Made by a program: the position numbers and the translations under genes
Notes under the pieces: generated by a model
Told to the model about the DNA's origin: nothing
The model's input: only the letters and a program-made list of their open reading frames with translations
The model's database searches: none
Part shown: positions 12,291 to 24,566 of the stretch, piece by piece
Position numbering within the stretch: the stretch's first letter is position 1
Layout of the letters: every line of letters begins with the position of its first letter
From: Macrostomum lignano
Lineage: Eukaryota
Assembly: GCA_002269645.1 (NCBI GenBank)
Contig: NIVC01000729.1
Location: 1-64,000 of the forward strand
Reading direction: 5' to 3'
DNA length: 64,000 bases

Positions 12291-13049
12291 CAGCTTAATC
12301 TGCTTTCCAGATATTCGCAGGCGGAGATTCCGGAAAATTCCTATACATTTAAATGGGGAAATCCAGGAAAATCAATCAGAAATTGCCAAGCTGTATCAAT
12401 AGACTCAGATATGAGATTGTACACATCATTAGAGTGTGCCAGTCGGTGTCACCCGCAGAAAGAATCGTGTGTCTAGCTTAATCTGCTTTCCATATATCCG
12501 CAGGCGGAGATTCCGAAAAATTCCTATACATTTAAATGGGGAAATCCAGGAAAATCAATCAGAAATTGCCAAGCTGTATCAATAGACTCAGATATGAGAT
12601 TGTACACATCATTAGAGTGTGCCAGTCGGTGTCACCCGCAGAAAGAATCGTGTGTCTAGCTCAATCTGCTTTCCAGATATTCGCAGGCGGAGATTCCGGA
12701 AAATTCCTATACATTTAAATGGGGAAATCCAGGAAAATCAATCAGAAATTGCCAAGCTGTATCAATAGACTCAGATATGAGATTGTACACATCATTAGAG
12801 TGTGCCAGTCGGTGTCACCCGCAGAAAGAATCGTGTGTCTAGCTCAATCTGCTTTCCAGATATTCGCAGGCGGAGATTCCGGAAAATTCCTATACATTTA
12901 AATGGGGAAATCCAGGAAAATCAATCAGAAATTGCCAAGCTGTATCAATAGACTCAGATATGAGATTGTACACATCATTAGAGTGTGCCAGTCGGTGTCA
13001 CCCGCAGAAAGAATCGTGTGTCTAGCTTAATCTGCTTTCCAGATATTCG
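12291..13049. repeat. 183-bp tandem repeat, ~4.1 copies
   Basis: Near-identical units; identical ORFs at 12536 and 12719 are 183 bp apart. Confidence 0.95.
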
Positions 13050-14309
13050 TATTTCAAAGGCGGCGTTTTTATTAATTTGTTTATTTTTATTTATTTACAA
13101 TTTCGCGCTGCAGGCGCTGATTTGTTGCCCTGCAGCAAATGCATGTGTGCAAAGCAGTAAAAACCAAAAGTAAGAGTAAAAAAATAAGCAAAAAAGTGCA
13201 AAATGTGGATGGGCCAGATACCATTGCTGCTTCCCACTTAAAAAAGTGGGGGAAGCCATGCCTTACTGTCCTCGCCCCGTTTCTTCACCTAAAGTTTGGA
13301 TTTAATTATAATTTTTAATTTTAATTTTAATTTTAATTTTAGATTTAATTTTTAGTATATTTTCATTGACAACTTACTGTCTCTTTGCATGCCCACAAAC
13401 GGTTTCTGACGTTGGGTTGTAAATTACAGAAACAATATGCATGGTAAGAATAGAGAATATACTATGAAAATGAAGCATTTTTGGAAGTGCTGTGTTTGTT
13501 ACAGGGGCATTGCAATCAACATACATACAAACATGCATTCGTGCTTTAAGTGTGCTGCGTTCGAGAGCAGTAATTTGTCTACTCGTGTATACACAAAATT
13601 CGCAGTATACTTCTAATTGAAATATAATTTTGCATTACTCAAAAGTAACAAGGGCGAACCTCATTGGACTCACAAAGGTGCTGACTTTTTCCCCTCTGCT
13701 TCCTAACTGGCACCATAGATGCTATCTTTAGAAGAACTCCTTTGCTTTGGGGCCCAAATCTAAGTTGATATTGCTATTCCCATGGCCTCAAATTTTTGAC
13801 ATCTACTCTGCCCCTCCCCTGTATCTATCTGCCCTCATAAGTATGAGCACCGAGTGGCAAAATTTATCAAAGCAGAAGCTTTACAACTTTAAGTCAGAGG
13901 CAGTCTAGTTGTATGTGCTATCAGAATAAAAAGGGGATACTTGGATTGGGCCTGTCCAAGGAATCCTCTATACCTATTTCTACCTTTCCTTTTAAATCTT
14001 GTAAAAGAAGATTTCTTTGAAGCATTTCTAGAGAAAGGGCTTCGGTATAGACGATTCATTAGCCTGTCACCACTAGCCCTGTCCCAGGGAAGAAAGCCTG
14101 GAGTGGAGTGAACAAAGAGGCAAGCCTGGGAAGGGGGCACTAAGGGTCCCATAGTATTTTTTGCCGTTGGGCAGATGTTACCTCTAGTCAAGCTCGCAAA
14201 TAAAGTGGAAGAATGCTTTATAATATTTAGACTAAGCTAAGCTGGTCTGTGATTTAGACTGATGAAACGAGCACACACAACAAACTGGGGGCTGAGTGGG
14301 GGGTTGTGG

Positions 14310-14624
14310 CACAGACCATATAGAATATAGACTGCGAATCTCGGGGGCCTGCCCAGGCGCGTTGTGGGACAAAAAACAACACAAAAATGGTCCTTCCCCC
14401 AAAGCCCCACTTCGATCGATATGTGGTACAAAAAATTAGGCTGTCTCTTTTCTAGCGGGCCAGTGCTTGAAATTTACTCAGTATAAAGGGTGTTAAAACC
14501 CCCGGGGAGGCAAAAAAATGTTCCTTGCAAAAAGGGGAAGGACTATTTTTGTGTTGCTTTCTTGTCCCACAACGCGCCTGGGCAGGCCCCCGAGATTCGC
14601 AGTCTATATTCTATATGGTCTGTG
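14310..14624. mobile_element. MITE with CACAG termini (P-like), 315 bp
   Basis: ~90-bp TIRs CACAGACCATATAGAATATAGACTGCGAATC..; degenerate 8-bp TSD GGTTGTGG/GGTTGCAG. Confidence 0.75.
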
Positions 14625-17083
14625 GGTTGCAGGAGGCTTGAGAGGGGAGGGAGTGAGGGAAAAAAGGAAATAGAGATCTAGAACTAGAACCTAGAAACTA
14701 GAGAAGAGAAGAGAAGTAGAGAAGAGTTCTAGATCTCTATGGAAAAAAGCACACTCGAAAACAAGCTTGTAAAAGAAACTAGCTTGGGCGTGTTTGTACC
14801 CAATGTATGAATTGTATCACGAATGATTTATGTGATAACTCGAATATGAAATTGAATGCTACAGTGCTTCTCAGTCCCAAATATGAATGGTATGACTGCT
14901 CTGGTTCTCACTTCTCAGTCCCTGATTGAACCAACTTTGACTCTTGCCTTCGTTGATCGTTATCGCTCCCTTCTTTCTTTTCACAATGAAGTAAGAAACA
15001 CAGCGAACACTCCCAGTGCACAGTCACTGCGAACCCTGGACATTGACAAGGCTTATATTCGTTATTTTGGGAGCCAGACTCCACACTGTAACGTTTCTGG
15101 CCTGGCCCACAAAGGCAATAAATCACTTCTAAATAAAGAAGTTTGTGGAAACATATCTACATATTTACGCATGGATCGAATGGATTCAATAGTCAAATAG
15201 GTACGCCATGTCTGTTGTGTAGTAGAATTGAGGCAGCGATTCAACAAAGCGAAACAAACTCACTTACTCAATCACTCTTGTTCACTCATTCTATTTCTTT
15301 TCCCCATATAGACAGCTATTTTGAAAGCAACATCGATACATCACATCAATGAGACTTTTTTAGTACAGCAAATCTGCATACATTTGTGTATAAAAATATA
15401 ATTCTCATTTTCGTTAGCGCTTTGTTTGTGCTACAGGCCATATGTCCTAAAGCTTCTGGGAGTTCTTTGCCTCATAAACTGAAGAGTTGTGGGTCTTTGT
15501 TCCAAATATGATATATGGAGAGCGGGAGACTGATTCAAGGAGATCTAAATATATAAGTTTTTTCTAGTTCAAGATTTCTTTGACTGATTATATCGTGACC
15601 TGAGCGGCGGACCCGCATTTTTTGGTTTATAGCTGCCGCGGGCGTCAGCCAGGCAAGCTCTGGCAATGCACGGTCTCTTGAAATATCCTAGTCAATCTGG
15701 ACTTGCAACCAAATTCTGAGTGGGCTTTTTCCTCAAGCTGGGGCCTGGCAAACTGTGGGAAGGGATGCGGGTTGAGGAAAAGGCAATGCACCGACTAGCT
15801 ATGCTGCATTTGCATATGCTATACGAAACTATAGCTTTTTCTTTTCGTAATTTTTTCTTTTGAAACGTGGAGCAAACAACCCAGCAAGTTTAAACCTGGA
15901 GTATTTGTGAATAGAAGATGCATGGAGCATGGTCAATTCAAATGCAGTAGTAGCTAGCTACCTTAATAGCCAGACACAAATAACATACAGAAAATAACCT
16001 ACGTAGAAATGCTTACAGGATTATAGATAAAAACATGTCAGTTAGAGTTTATTGAGACAGCGGCTTCGGTCAGGTCGCTAGACTTGCTGGACGGGATCGC
16101 AGCGCTCGCAGCTTTAGCAATCCTGAACACTGCCGATAGAAGAAGCGACCTGTAGATGGATAAGGAGCAAAAGTCTATAGGCTATAAGTCTAAAACTATA
16201 GCCTAATATATCGAGAATGACAAATGATTTGTAATTTTTTGTGCTTTTTGTACAATTTGAAGATGCGATGATGCCAAAAGAAATGGAGTATACATAAACC
16301 CAGTTCTGTGAACGGGATAATTTTTTTAATGTACAGTAATATGTATGTCTGTGAGAAATAGCAAAGATCCTGACTAGCTGAGTTGACAAATAACAGTCAC
16401 AGGCCTGTAACTGTCAGGGGACACTTGTCTTATCTGCTTAGAATTTCCATAGAATAGTGGATTTTAAGTTGCTACCTTGCCCCACCGCAGATGCTAGTCA
16501 AGTCAAAGTTATGCTGTATGTATTTCAAGAGTAAACAAAGAAACCTGTTTCTTATCGCACACCAGACACATCGCCCTTCAGCTTATCTCCGTCTGTTGTG
16601 GTCCCTGGTACGCTCGTCTGGGTTGCAAGCGAATTTGGGAAGCAAAAAATCGGCGGCCGTTTTGTCAACATAGGTGGGTGGATTCTGCCTAGGGCTCAAG
16701 TTCCCACACTATTTGCTCCTTATCTCTCCTAAATGTCTCCTAAATATTTTGAATATGAAGTAATATAACGCAACCGACAGTCGGGCTGTCAAAACCCAAA
16801 TCCAAGTTTAGAGTTGTGAAGAGTAGATGAGAAAATTTATGACAATGTTGCTCCTTATCTCTCCTAAATGTCTCTCCTTGAATTTACAGGACTGTATCGG
16901 AATGTCAAGGACGTTGAAGGCTGTGGAAATTTAGGGTCAGGATGTTCTAAAATCAATCATGCGACTTTTAGAAACAATAATTAATAGCAAGAAAACGTTG
17001 TTTCGATGAACGCAGTCAAGCTCTGCTACGAGCTCTGAATATAATGCTAGCGTAATAATAGGGAAAATTTTGTTGGACTCACC

Positions 17084-19047
17084 CTAATTACAATCACCTC
17101 CAGCCAGTGGAACAACGTAAAAGAGACCGGTCTCATCAGCTTCTGGCCTGCTGGCACTGCTGGTCGAGTCTGCAACAGACTTAGGAAGAAGCCAGCATTT
17201 CCATTCTGGCTTGCCGATCAGGACTTCTTCAGTCAACCGATAGATTCCAATCCCCAAACGCATTGAGCTGTACGGTTGAGAATAAATTTCGCCCTCCGGC
17301 TTCAAAACTCGACCAGTTGCGACTCTCTCTTCGGTGATGTGTTCAATTAAGACGCAGATGTTTCTTATGAAGCATGCATTATCTCCCATCTTGGAGCTGT
17401 ACTTTAACGGCTTGACTGGGTCATCATGCATCAAATTCCGGACACATACTATCTCGTTCACTGAATGTGCAGCCAGATGCCTAGTTACCTTGATGCGACG
17501 TTTGATGGCGCCAAGGTAGTTTTCAAAGGGAAATGTCGTAAAGCTATTAATGTTCCCATACAGTCGGACAAACTGATCGAAGTGCAGTAAGGCATGGATA
17601 TTGTAGCTGATGGCCTCCTGGCCAAAGTAAATAGCCGTTTGCTCGACAAAAACTTCAACGGAGCTTTTAGCCTGATCCCAGTACTTAGTGTGTCTGTCGC
17701 TTGAGTAGACGTACATGGCGAAGTGCAGCAAGAGGAAATGGTTGTACAGTAATTCCGGCAAAAATCCCTTGAACAAGACGGGGCCCAAATAAAGAAGAAA
17801 CTGCCGGTACTCGCTGGCCTTAAAAAACTTCAGATCAGAAAGTCGACGAGGTCTTCTTTGAAAATTTGAGGGTGTGTACTTCGTCAGTGCAGCAATTCGG
17901 TCGGACAAATGCGAGATTTGATCCTTCTTGACTTTACGGCCACCTTCTGGATCAAAGTAGAAGTAGAAAAATTTTCGTACAGCACCGAGGCACACCGCGT
18001 GTTGAAATTCCACAGGGAAAGAATTTACGAAGTCTACATTAGGCAGTTGCAACAAAGGCGACATAATTATATTTCCAGTCTTCCGCTGCTGGTTCGATTC
18101 CTGACCTGCGCGATACATCTCTCCGCATCGGCTCTCGCCCACCACCGTTGAGAAAGTCATTCTCTTCTTAAAATGAATGCCAACAGCTCTGCAATAACCG
18201 CATCCAGCATATGCGGTGTGTCCCAGAATGCCACAGATGTACGCTCTGGCCGGCGCATCGCAAACAAATCGAATTGCTGAAATCGTAATTTGCACGGATT
18301 CACTAATTCTTACTGGTGCAGAAAGAAACTTTTTTGCTTCATTACAGAATTCCCGCAGGTAAGCTTGAAGAGGCGGTTTGCCCTTGCCGGCATAAATTCC
18401 AACAGGAAATGGTCTTGGAAAAGCGTCAGGGATCATCATCAGAATCGGCCATAGACCAAATTGAGAAGACTTAAAAAGTGGGAGTCCATCCGAATTAAAA
18501 AGTGCACAGAAACTGTAGACCCTTGACTCGTTCGTGGAATGTAAATCATCTGGTCTCGTCAGATTTAGCAGACCTTTTTTAGTAGCATTTGCAGATTCTC
18601 ACCAATACCGAAGTACCGAAACTGACCCTCTCCCATCGGCTCAAGCGAGGTGTCAGTCTTCTCACCCTTCAGAATTTTATCAATCATGTACTTCGACCGC
18701 GGTGCCTGTACTCCAAGCTTGCGTAGGCCTCCAAGCAGTAGTTTAACTCCGTCACGTGGCACCTTGTACAAAATGAAGAAGAGAATGAGAAGTGCTTCTA
18801 GCTTCTCTTCAAAGCTTCGCTTGTCTTCATCATCAGCATCTTCTTCTTCGCTCTCACTCTCTGGTGGCGATCGCAACTCGTCAAAGCAAGCTTTCCTGGT
18901 GACGCTGGCGTCAAAAGCAATGGGTTCGATTTCTTCTTCCGTCTTCGCCTTCTTCAATACCATATTCTCATCAGTTGCCTCTTTTGGTTGCTCATCAAGA
19001 AGATCCAGGACAAACTTATTCGCCTTGCGCCTGATAGTCCACGACAT
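17084..19047 (-). CDS. EnSpm/CACTA DDE transposase (~654 aa), intronless, one 1-nt frameshift
   Basis: ORF 19047-18565 joins ORF 18439-17084 through FNSDGLPLFKSS..LWPIL if one A is added to the A6 run (+ strand T-run at ~18565-18570). Motifs FNSDG (D), FVCDAPAR (D), GCGYC, HAVCLG, FKASEYRQFLLYLGP, YNIHALLH, FPFENYLG (E). Confidence 0.88.
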
Positions 19048-19409
19048 TTTTTGTATTCGGATTTGAGTAAAACTGTCAGATTTTGACTCAACTTTGGGTT
19101 TTGTATTGCATTTACAGTATTTTGAATTTCCTGCCTGCTAAAGCGATATTGAGTGATTTCTGCTTCGGGGAACAGGAATGCGGAGCGGAACGTGGGGGAG
19201 GTTGGGGAGAGGCAGCGGGGGTTGGGGGTCGAGGTTGCGATTTGTGGCTGGGAATTCAATAGCCAATAGGGGACGGAGTTTCGAAGCCCGCGTCAAACAA
19301 ATGAGTTTTAAAACTTGAATATGAATGAAACTTCCGCAAAGTTCCGCTTCAATTAAAAGCTCCCCTTGCTCATTCATTCTTTTTTTCGGCTCATTTCCAC
19401 GATATAACA

Positions 19410-21847
19410 ATGAAATTCATTGTTGTTTTTAAAAACGACCGTCAGGTTGTAGAGATCCCAATGGAAGGCGTAATACTCCCAAGGGAATTACAAGACCTAT
19501 CTAGGTCGGAATGGCTTGAGAAGAGACACGCAACGGAGCGATGGATCTGTCAGGCTCGGTACGAGCAAGAGGAGTACCTGGCATACGTCATGCAGGTGAG
19601 TAGTACTGAATTCGTTTGGATTTAAACTAGACTATAATTGAGACCGAGGTAGACAATATCTACGGGCCAATGACAATACCAACAATAGTGCATGATATCC
19701 ATCCATTATATCCTAACATTTAAGGTATATCTGGAAAATGAAGACGGTGAAACAGCCTGCACGGAAGCCAGCATCCTCTACGTGCGAAAGCTGATCCGGA
19801 AGGGGTTCAAGATGCCGCAGATCCTTGAAGTACTGCAACCGCGTGTCTTCATGCCTTCGGATTCGAAGAAAAGGAGGCGAGAATATCAAGCTAATGTAAG
19901 TTGCCGGTTGCAGTGTTCACTAGAATGAGTAAATTCAATAAATCAAATTAATAAATGAAAATTTTAAATTGAACCTCCTTGTCAAAATCCCAAATTCTGC
20001 AGATTTACACAACAGAGTCGGAGCCCGACACCGACACTTTCCTGAATGGACGTCCTAGAGTTCTCGATCTCGGCGGCGAATCTCGCCTCTCTCTACCGGC
20101 GCAGATGCTTCTACAGCGCCAGCAACCGGCATCAACCCGTGCGCAACTGGTGGCAATGCCAGAGTCAGATGAGGATATTGGTGAGTTAAAATTCACTCAC
20201 TCGACATTCATTCACACATTCACTCCGATGTCAATGATCTATTCACACACCAGTCACTTATTTACTCGCCCCACTCATCAACAGAGCCAGAGTCGGGGAC
20301 AGCAGCCCCAGCGCCACTGCCGGAGTCAGAGACAGCAGCGCCAGTGCCTAAGGCGCCAGAGTCGGGGGCATCAGCACCTCCTTCAGCAGTGCAAGAGCCA
20401 GGAATTCAGACTACTGCAGACGAGTCGGTGTCTGAGCCAACGACTATTCCGAAGGAATCAATTGGGGCGGCAGGTGCAGCGGCAGCAGCGCCAGCCTCAG
20501 AAGGTGACCCACAATTCTAAACTTCGGTCCAGGCCACATCAATAAGCTGCGAGAAAGAGTTCAGGCCTGCATTAACCACAGCCTGACAAGTCCGGAGGGC
20601 CTCACGTTTCTCATGCTGACCGTCTTGCGGGCGTCTGGCGTCCTGGAAGCAAGACTGGCGACTCAGGCGGGTGAAATAGCTGGTCTGCGCAGTGAAGTTG
20701 CGGGTCTTCGCAGTGAAGTTGGTCGGCTCTCTGCTGCTTCTTTGGATGTTGAACCGACCGGCCCTCAACCAAGCGAAGTCTGGCCAATTTCTACTTGGTC
20801 AAAGTACGCGAACTTCGTTTCGTCGCCCGGGGAGACGCTGATTGAGTTGGTAAGTTCAACATTTTTTGGCTTACTCATTCCTTAACTATTTATTCATACA
20901 TGTGCATAAAATTCACTCACTTATAATTCCCACATTCACCTAACCTTATCCCTTTCTCACTGGCAGAGGTCGGCGCTGCTTTGCTGCAAGAGTGCGAATT
21001 GGAAGATGACCCTCCGTGAAATGCTGAATTATGCACTGACGGCCAAAATGCAGAAGGTGGTCAACTTCAACGGTCGCGACATGGCCAACAGAGCCCGCAC
21101 TGCTGGAGTTAACATATCCTTATCGGATGACCTGCTCGGCTTTGAAAAGGTGTTTCTGCGTTGGTTTCAAGGTAAGATGGCCTTTTAAAACAAAAAAGAG
21201 AGCAGTGTTTGAAGCGTTTGTCTGTTGCCCCGAAAATACTACTAAAAGTAGTCAGTAAAGAATTGATGTATAACTTGTTACAGAAAAATTGTTAACATTA
21301 TGTTTGGATCACGTAATGTCAATGAAAAAATCTACAAAATGAACTTATTCCAGACGCCATGAATACGATCTACGGAGACTATTCCACCCGACCAACGGAG
21401 AGACCACTTGGTGTTCCTACGAAGGACGAAGTGCGGAAAACATGTATGAACATGTTAAAGCACGCCGCTGACCGTGTGACGCCTCGCTCTCATCGGCGTC
21501 AGGAAGAGCGTCCGACATCTGGAACACCAGACGAGCAACAGCTGGCAAGTGTTAACAACAGCCAGCAGCAACAACAAACCTCCGGACCGCAGCAGCAGCA
21601 GCAGCCACAAACCCCGGGACAGCAGCAGCCACGAACCCCGGGACAGCAGCAGCCACGAACCCCGGGACAGCAGCAGCCACGAACCCCGGGACAGCAGCAG
21701 CCACGAACCCCGGGACACCAGCAGCAGCAGCCACGAGCAACTGCTGTCGAGCCTCAAGCAAAGAAAAGGCGCGTCTACATCAGCTCTGGTAGTTCAAGTG
21801 ATGAAATACCAGAAGCTTGTGATGACAGCTCCAGTGGCTTTGATTGA
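19410..21847 (+). CDS. CACTA accessory protein (DUF4806-like), spliced, ~590-600 aa
   Basis: Phase-compatible GT-AG exons 19410-19595, 19725-19895, 20003-20180, 20285-20849 (1-nt lesion or 29-nt intron at 20504-20532), 20967-21171, 21354-21847. N-terminal FIVVFK..VVEIP, acidic Pro/Ala linker, coiled coil, then MTLREML..VVNFNGR..MLKHAADR resembling DUF4806, and a QQPRTPG repeat tail. Confidence 0.75.
21590..21740 (+). repeat. 21-bp coding repeat (QQPRTPG)x5-6
   Basis: CAGCAGCCACGAACCCCGGGA units in the last exon. Confidence 0.9.
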
Positions 21848-23090
21848 TCTCTGCACATCGGATCACTGCAATCATTGCACATTGCTTTGCTAATACGAGT
21901 ACACGTAGTTCATTGTCGCTCAATGTAGAGCGCAGCGAGTCCATTGCTTAAATCATTTGAATTATCGCATTGTATAAACTGTATTTTATGTTATCGTCAA
22001 GTAAACAATATTTATTACTCGCTGAAAAGCTGCATGTTAAAACTCTGTGTTCTAAACAAGTTAAATATTGCCTATATTGACTCTAACTAAAGACTAAAAT
22101 AAAAATGGCAACAAAAGCTCACTGTATGCACCAAAAGAAACAAGTCTAGAAGTACGCCTGTATTGCTTGTAAAGCTAGCTAAAATTCTGGAGAGGTCATC
22201 AAGAGCAGGAATTTTGAGGAGCTCAATAAATGATAGGCCCACGTGTCGCACATTCACAGTATACTACTGTAAGTAGACTGGAGGGATTTTTTGTCCAACT
22301 ATATTCTGACCGACGCCAGGCGGACGTCGCGCGACGACGGGGCGGCCAAACAATTGGTCCGCCCCAGGACCGTCGTGCGTCCGCGAGAAGCACGTTGCCC
22401 GACTCATGGGGCGCACTCCAATTTCCCACTGGGTATGTAGCATTTTGCTCCTTAGCATAAAAATAGGATATTACATTTAGATTATGAGGATAAGGATGAA
22501 AGAATATTAATAAGGAAATACTAAATAAATACTAATAGGATATGAATATGAATTATGATTGATTGTAGTTTACTTTGTTTGCTTTGTTGTAGTTTAAGTT
22601 TAAGTTTAAGTTTAAGTTTATCATATTTATTATGCATAAGCCTATTATTATTATTAATTTTATGTATTTTATTGTAATGTAACTAACTGCACAAAAATAA
22701 ATATATTTTTACTTTGATGTTTGATGTAAATTAATTTGTAACCAATATAAATTAAACTTTTTATTTATTTCTTTAATTCCAGCTGTAGCAGCTCTTAACT
22801 TTTGGATTTGGTCTATCCTATTGAATATTGACTTGACTTGAGTTTAAGTTCAAGTTGCAGTGACAGTGTGGTGCCATGAGTAAGCCAGATGATAAGGACG
22901 GTGAGCATGAGGGTGGCCATGAGCAACTTGAGCATAGTTGCAAGGCCAAAATTGTTAGGCCTCATCGTGCCACCAGTATTTTGTGGAGCTTCTTTATGCT
23001 ACCAAATGCAGGTGACAATTTGGTTTCTGAGTGCACATTGTGTCATGCAACTGTTTGTTGTAGAACAAAGAAAGCAAATGCATCCAATGG

Positions 23091-24275
23091 TGTGATAAAT
23101 AGGCAATTAGATAAATAGCATGCACGGTGAGCAATTAGTTAGGCCCTAGACAAACCTACTTGGAGCGTCAGAGATTTTAAAGCTATTAATCCTAATCGCC
23201 TATCGCCGGTCGGCGAGTTCTACCAGTCTTTCTCCAATAGCCGCAGGTACAGTACAAGAAAAGAAAGAACACGAGGGAACACGAACCGAAAGATTTAGAG
23301 AGTGATAATCCTATGTGATACAACTGATAATTGGCTAGACGATTTAATTTGATTACTTCAAGTTACAAGATATAAATTCAAAGTGGCGCAGATAACTAGA
23401 GTTGACAAAACGACGATAATGGTTAATAATAATAATTAGATTACGCAACTAGCAAGCAGATCTCAGCTGAAAAGAAGAGGAAGAAAACCGGACACAACCA
23501 CGGAGAAGACTCCTAACCCCTGGCCTAAACCAGAACCTACACTCGAACGAGCCCTGCCGAACCGACCGTTCAATGGAGTACTGACTAAATTCTATTGGCA
23601 CTGCCCTTCAGTGTGACACTGAGGCCCTCGGGGTCGAGGCCGCATACTTGATCAGATCCGACAGTCTCTATCTAACCGCGCTTGATAGCGACAACTTCAG
23701 ACAGGAATTTGACATAGACGTTACGCCACAAGACTGAAGCAGTTGGGCGGGGAACAAAGTATGGACTGGGGTGACGAATCAAAACGCCTCAAAATGCGAA
23801 CCAAAGGGAAACAGGCCACCGGCCGAGAAGCTGGAACACAAACCAAGAATTGGGGAAAGAAGGCAAGGAGAGAAGGCGAGATCTGATTGCCAAACACACT
23901 TATATATAGTCAAAGTCACAACCCCTCAAAACCCCCTCAAGCCGGGTGGTGGTCGTTTGGCCGGCCGCTTGCTTAAGCCGAATTGTACTGTGCCCGCGGC
24001 GCCGGGTAGAATTGAAACTTGCCGCATGCCAGGGTCCAGGCCGGTTCTGATTGGCTGGCCGCGCAAAGCTGGGGTTCGCAGACAAACTCAACCCTCCGCT
24101 GAGTCACAAATGGCGTCTGACTTCTAGCCTGTTTACGCAAAATTGATTCTAACTAACAAGGAAAAAGTACACCAAAAATGTATGACTAAACTAAAGCAAA
24201 ATAACAAATCAATAACAATAATCCAAAACCTAACTAATAGAATACAAGGCTATCGCAAAAGATGCTCACACTACA
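23091..24275 (-). mobile_element. Solo LTR (1185 bp), 4-bp TSD
   Basis: Minus-strand termini TGTAGTG...ATCACA; TSD ATGG (23087-90, 24276-79). Removal restores the hAT codons ASNGGMWSHL. Minus-strand CCAAT (~24050) and TATATATAA (~23900). Confidence 0.88.
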
Positions 24276-24566
24276 ATGGAGGCATGTGGTCCCATTTGAA
24301 GACAAGACACAAAGAGGAACATGAGAAGGTGTTAGGAGCCAATGAAGATGAGAAGAAAAGAAAATATGAATTCAAAGAAAATGAGCTTGCAGCTGATGCT
24401 ATGTTTCTTACTACTAAAAAAGCTCGTTTGCAGTCTGCATCATCTAAGCCAAAAAGTTTGGTTTAGTCAACTTTAACTTTGACTTCAAGTCTAAGTTCTA
24501 CAAAGCCCAAAGCAAATATTGAAAGAGTGCAAACACAGTGCCAGCCTTTTGTAACTGTCAATAGTA

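Larger units (their letters stand above)
10887..22433. mobile_element. EnSpm/CACTA (CMC) transposon, animal CCCAG type, 11547 bp
   Basis: Termini CCCAGTGGAAAA / TTTCCCACTGGG, TA duplication (10885-86, 22434-35), GC-rich subterminal CGACGTCG motifs at both ends. Encodes a transposase and a divergently oriented accessory gene. Confidence 0.85.

Noticed and set aside
12291-13049. NF-kB-like sites (GGAAAATTCC, GGGGAAATCC) in the 183-bp unit
   Set aside because: Imperfect consensus, inside a TE and far from a host promoter; no supporting evidence.
14856-15200. 114-aa ORF in the CACTA left arm as a captured gene
   Set aside because: No recognisable motif, non-ATG start, no clear splice context.
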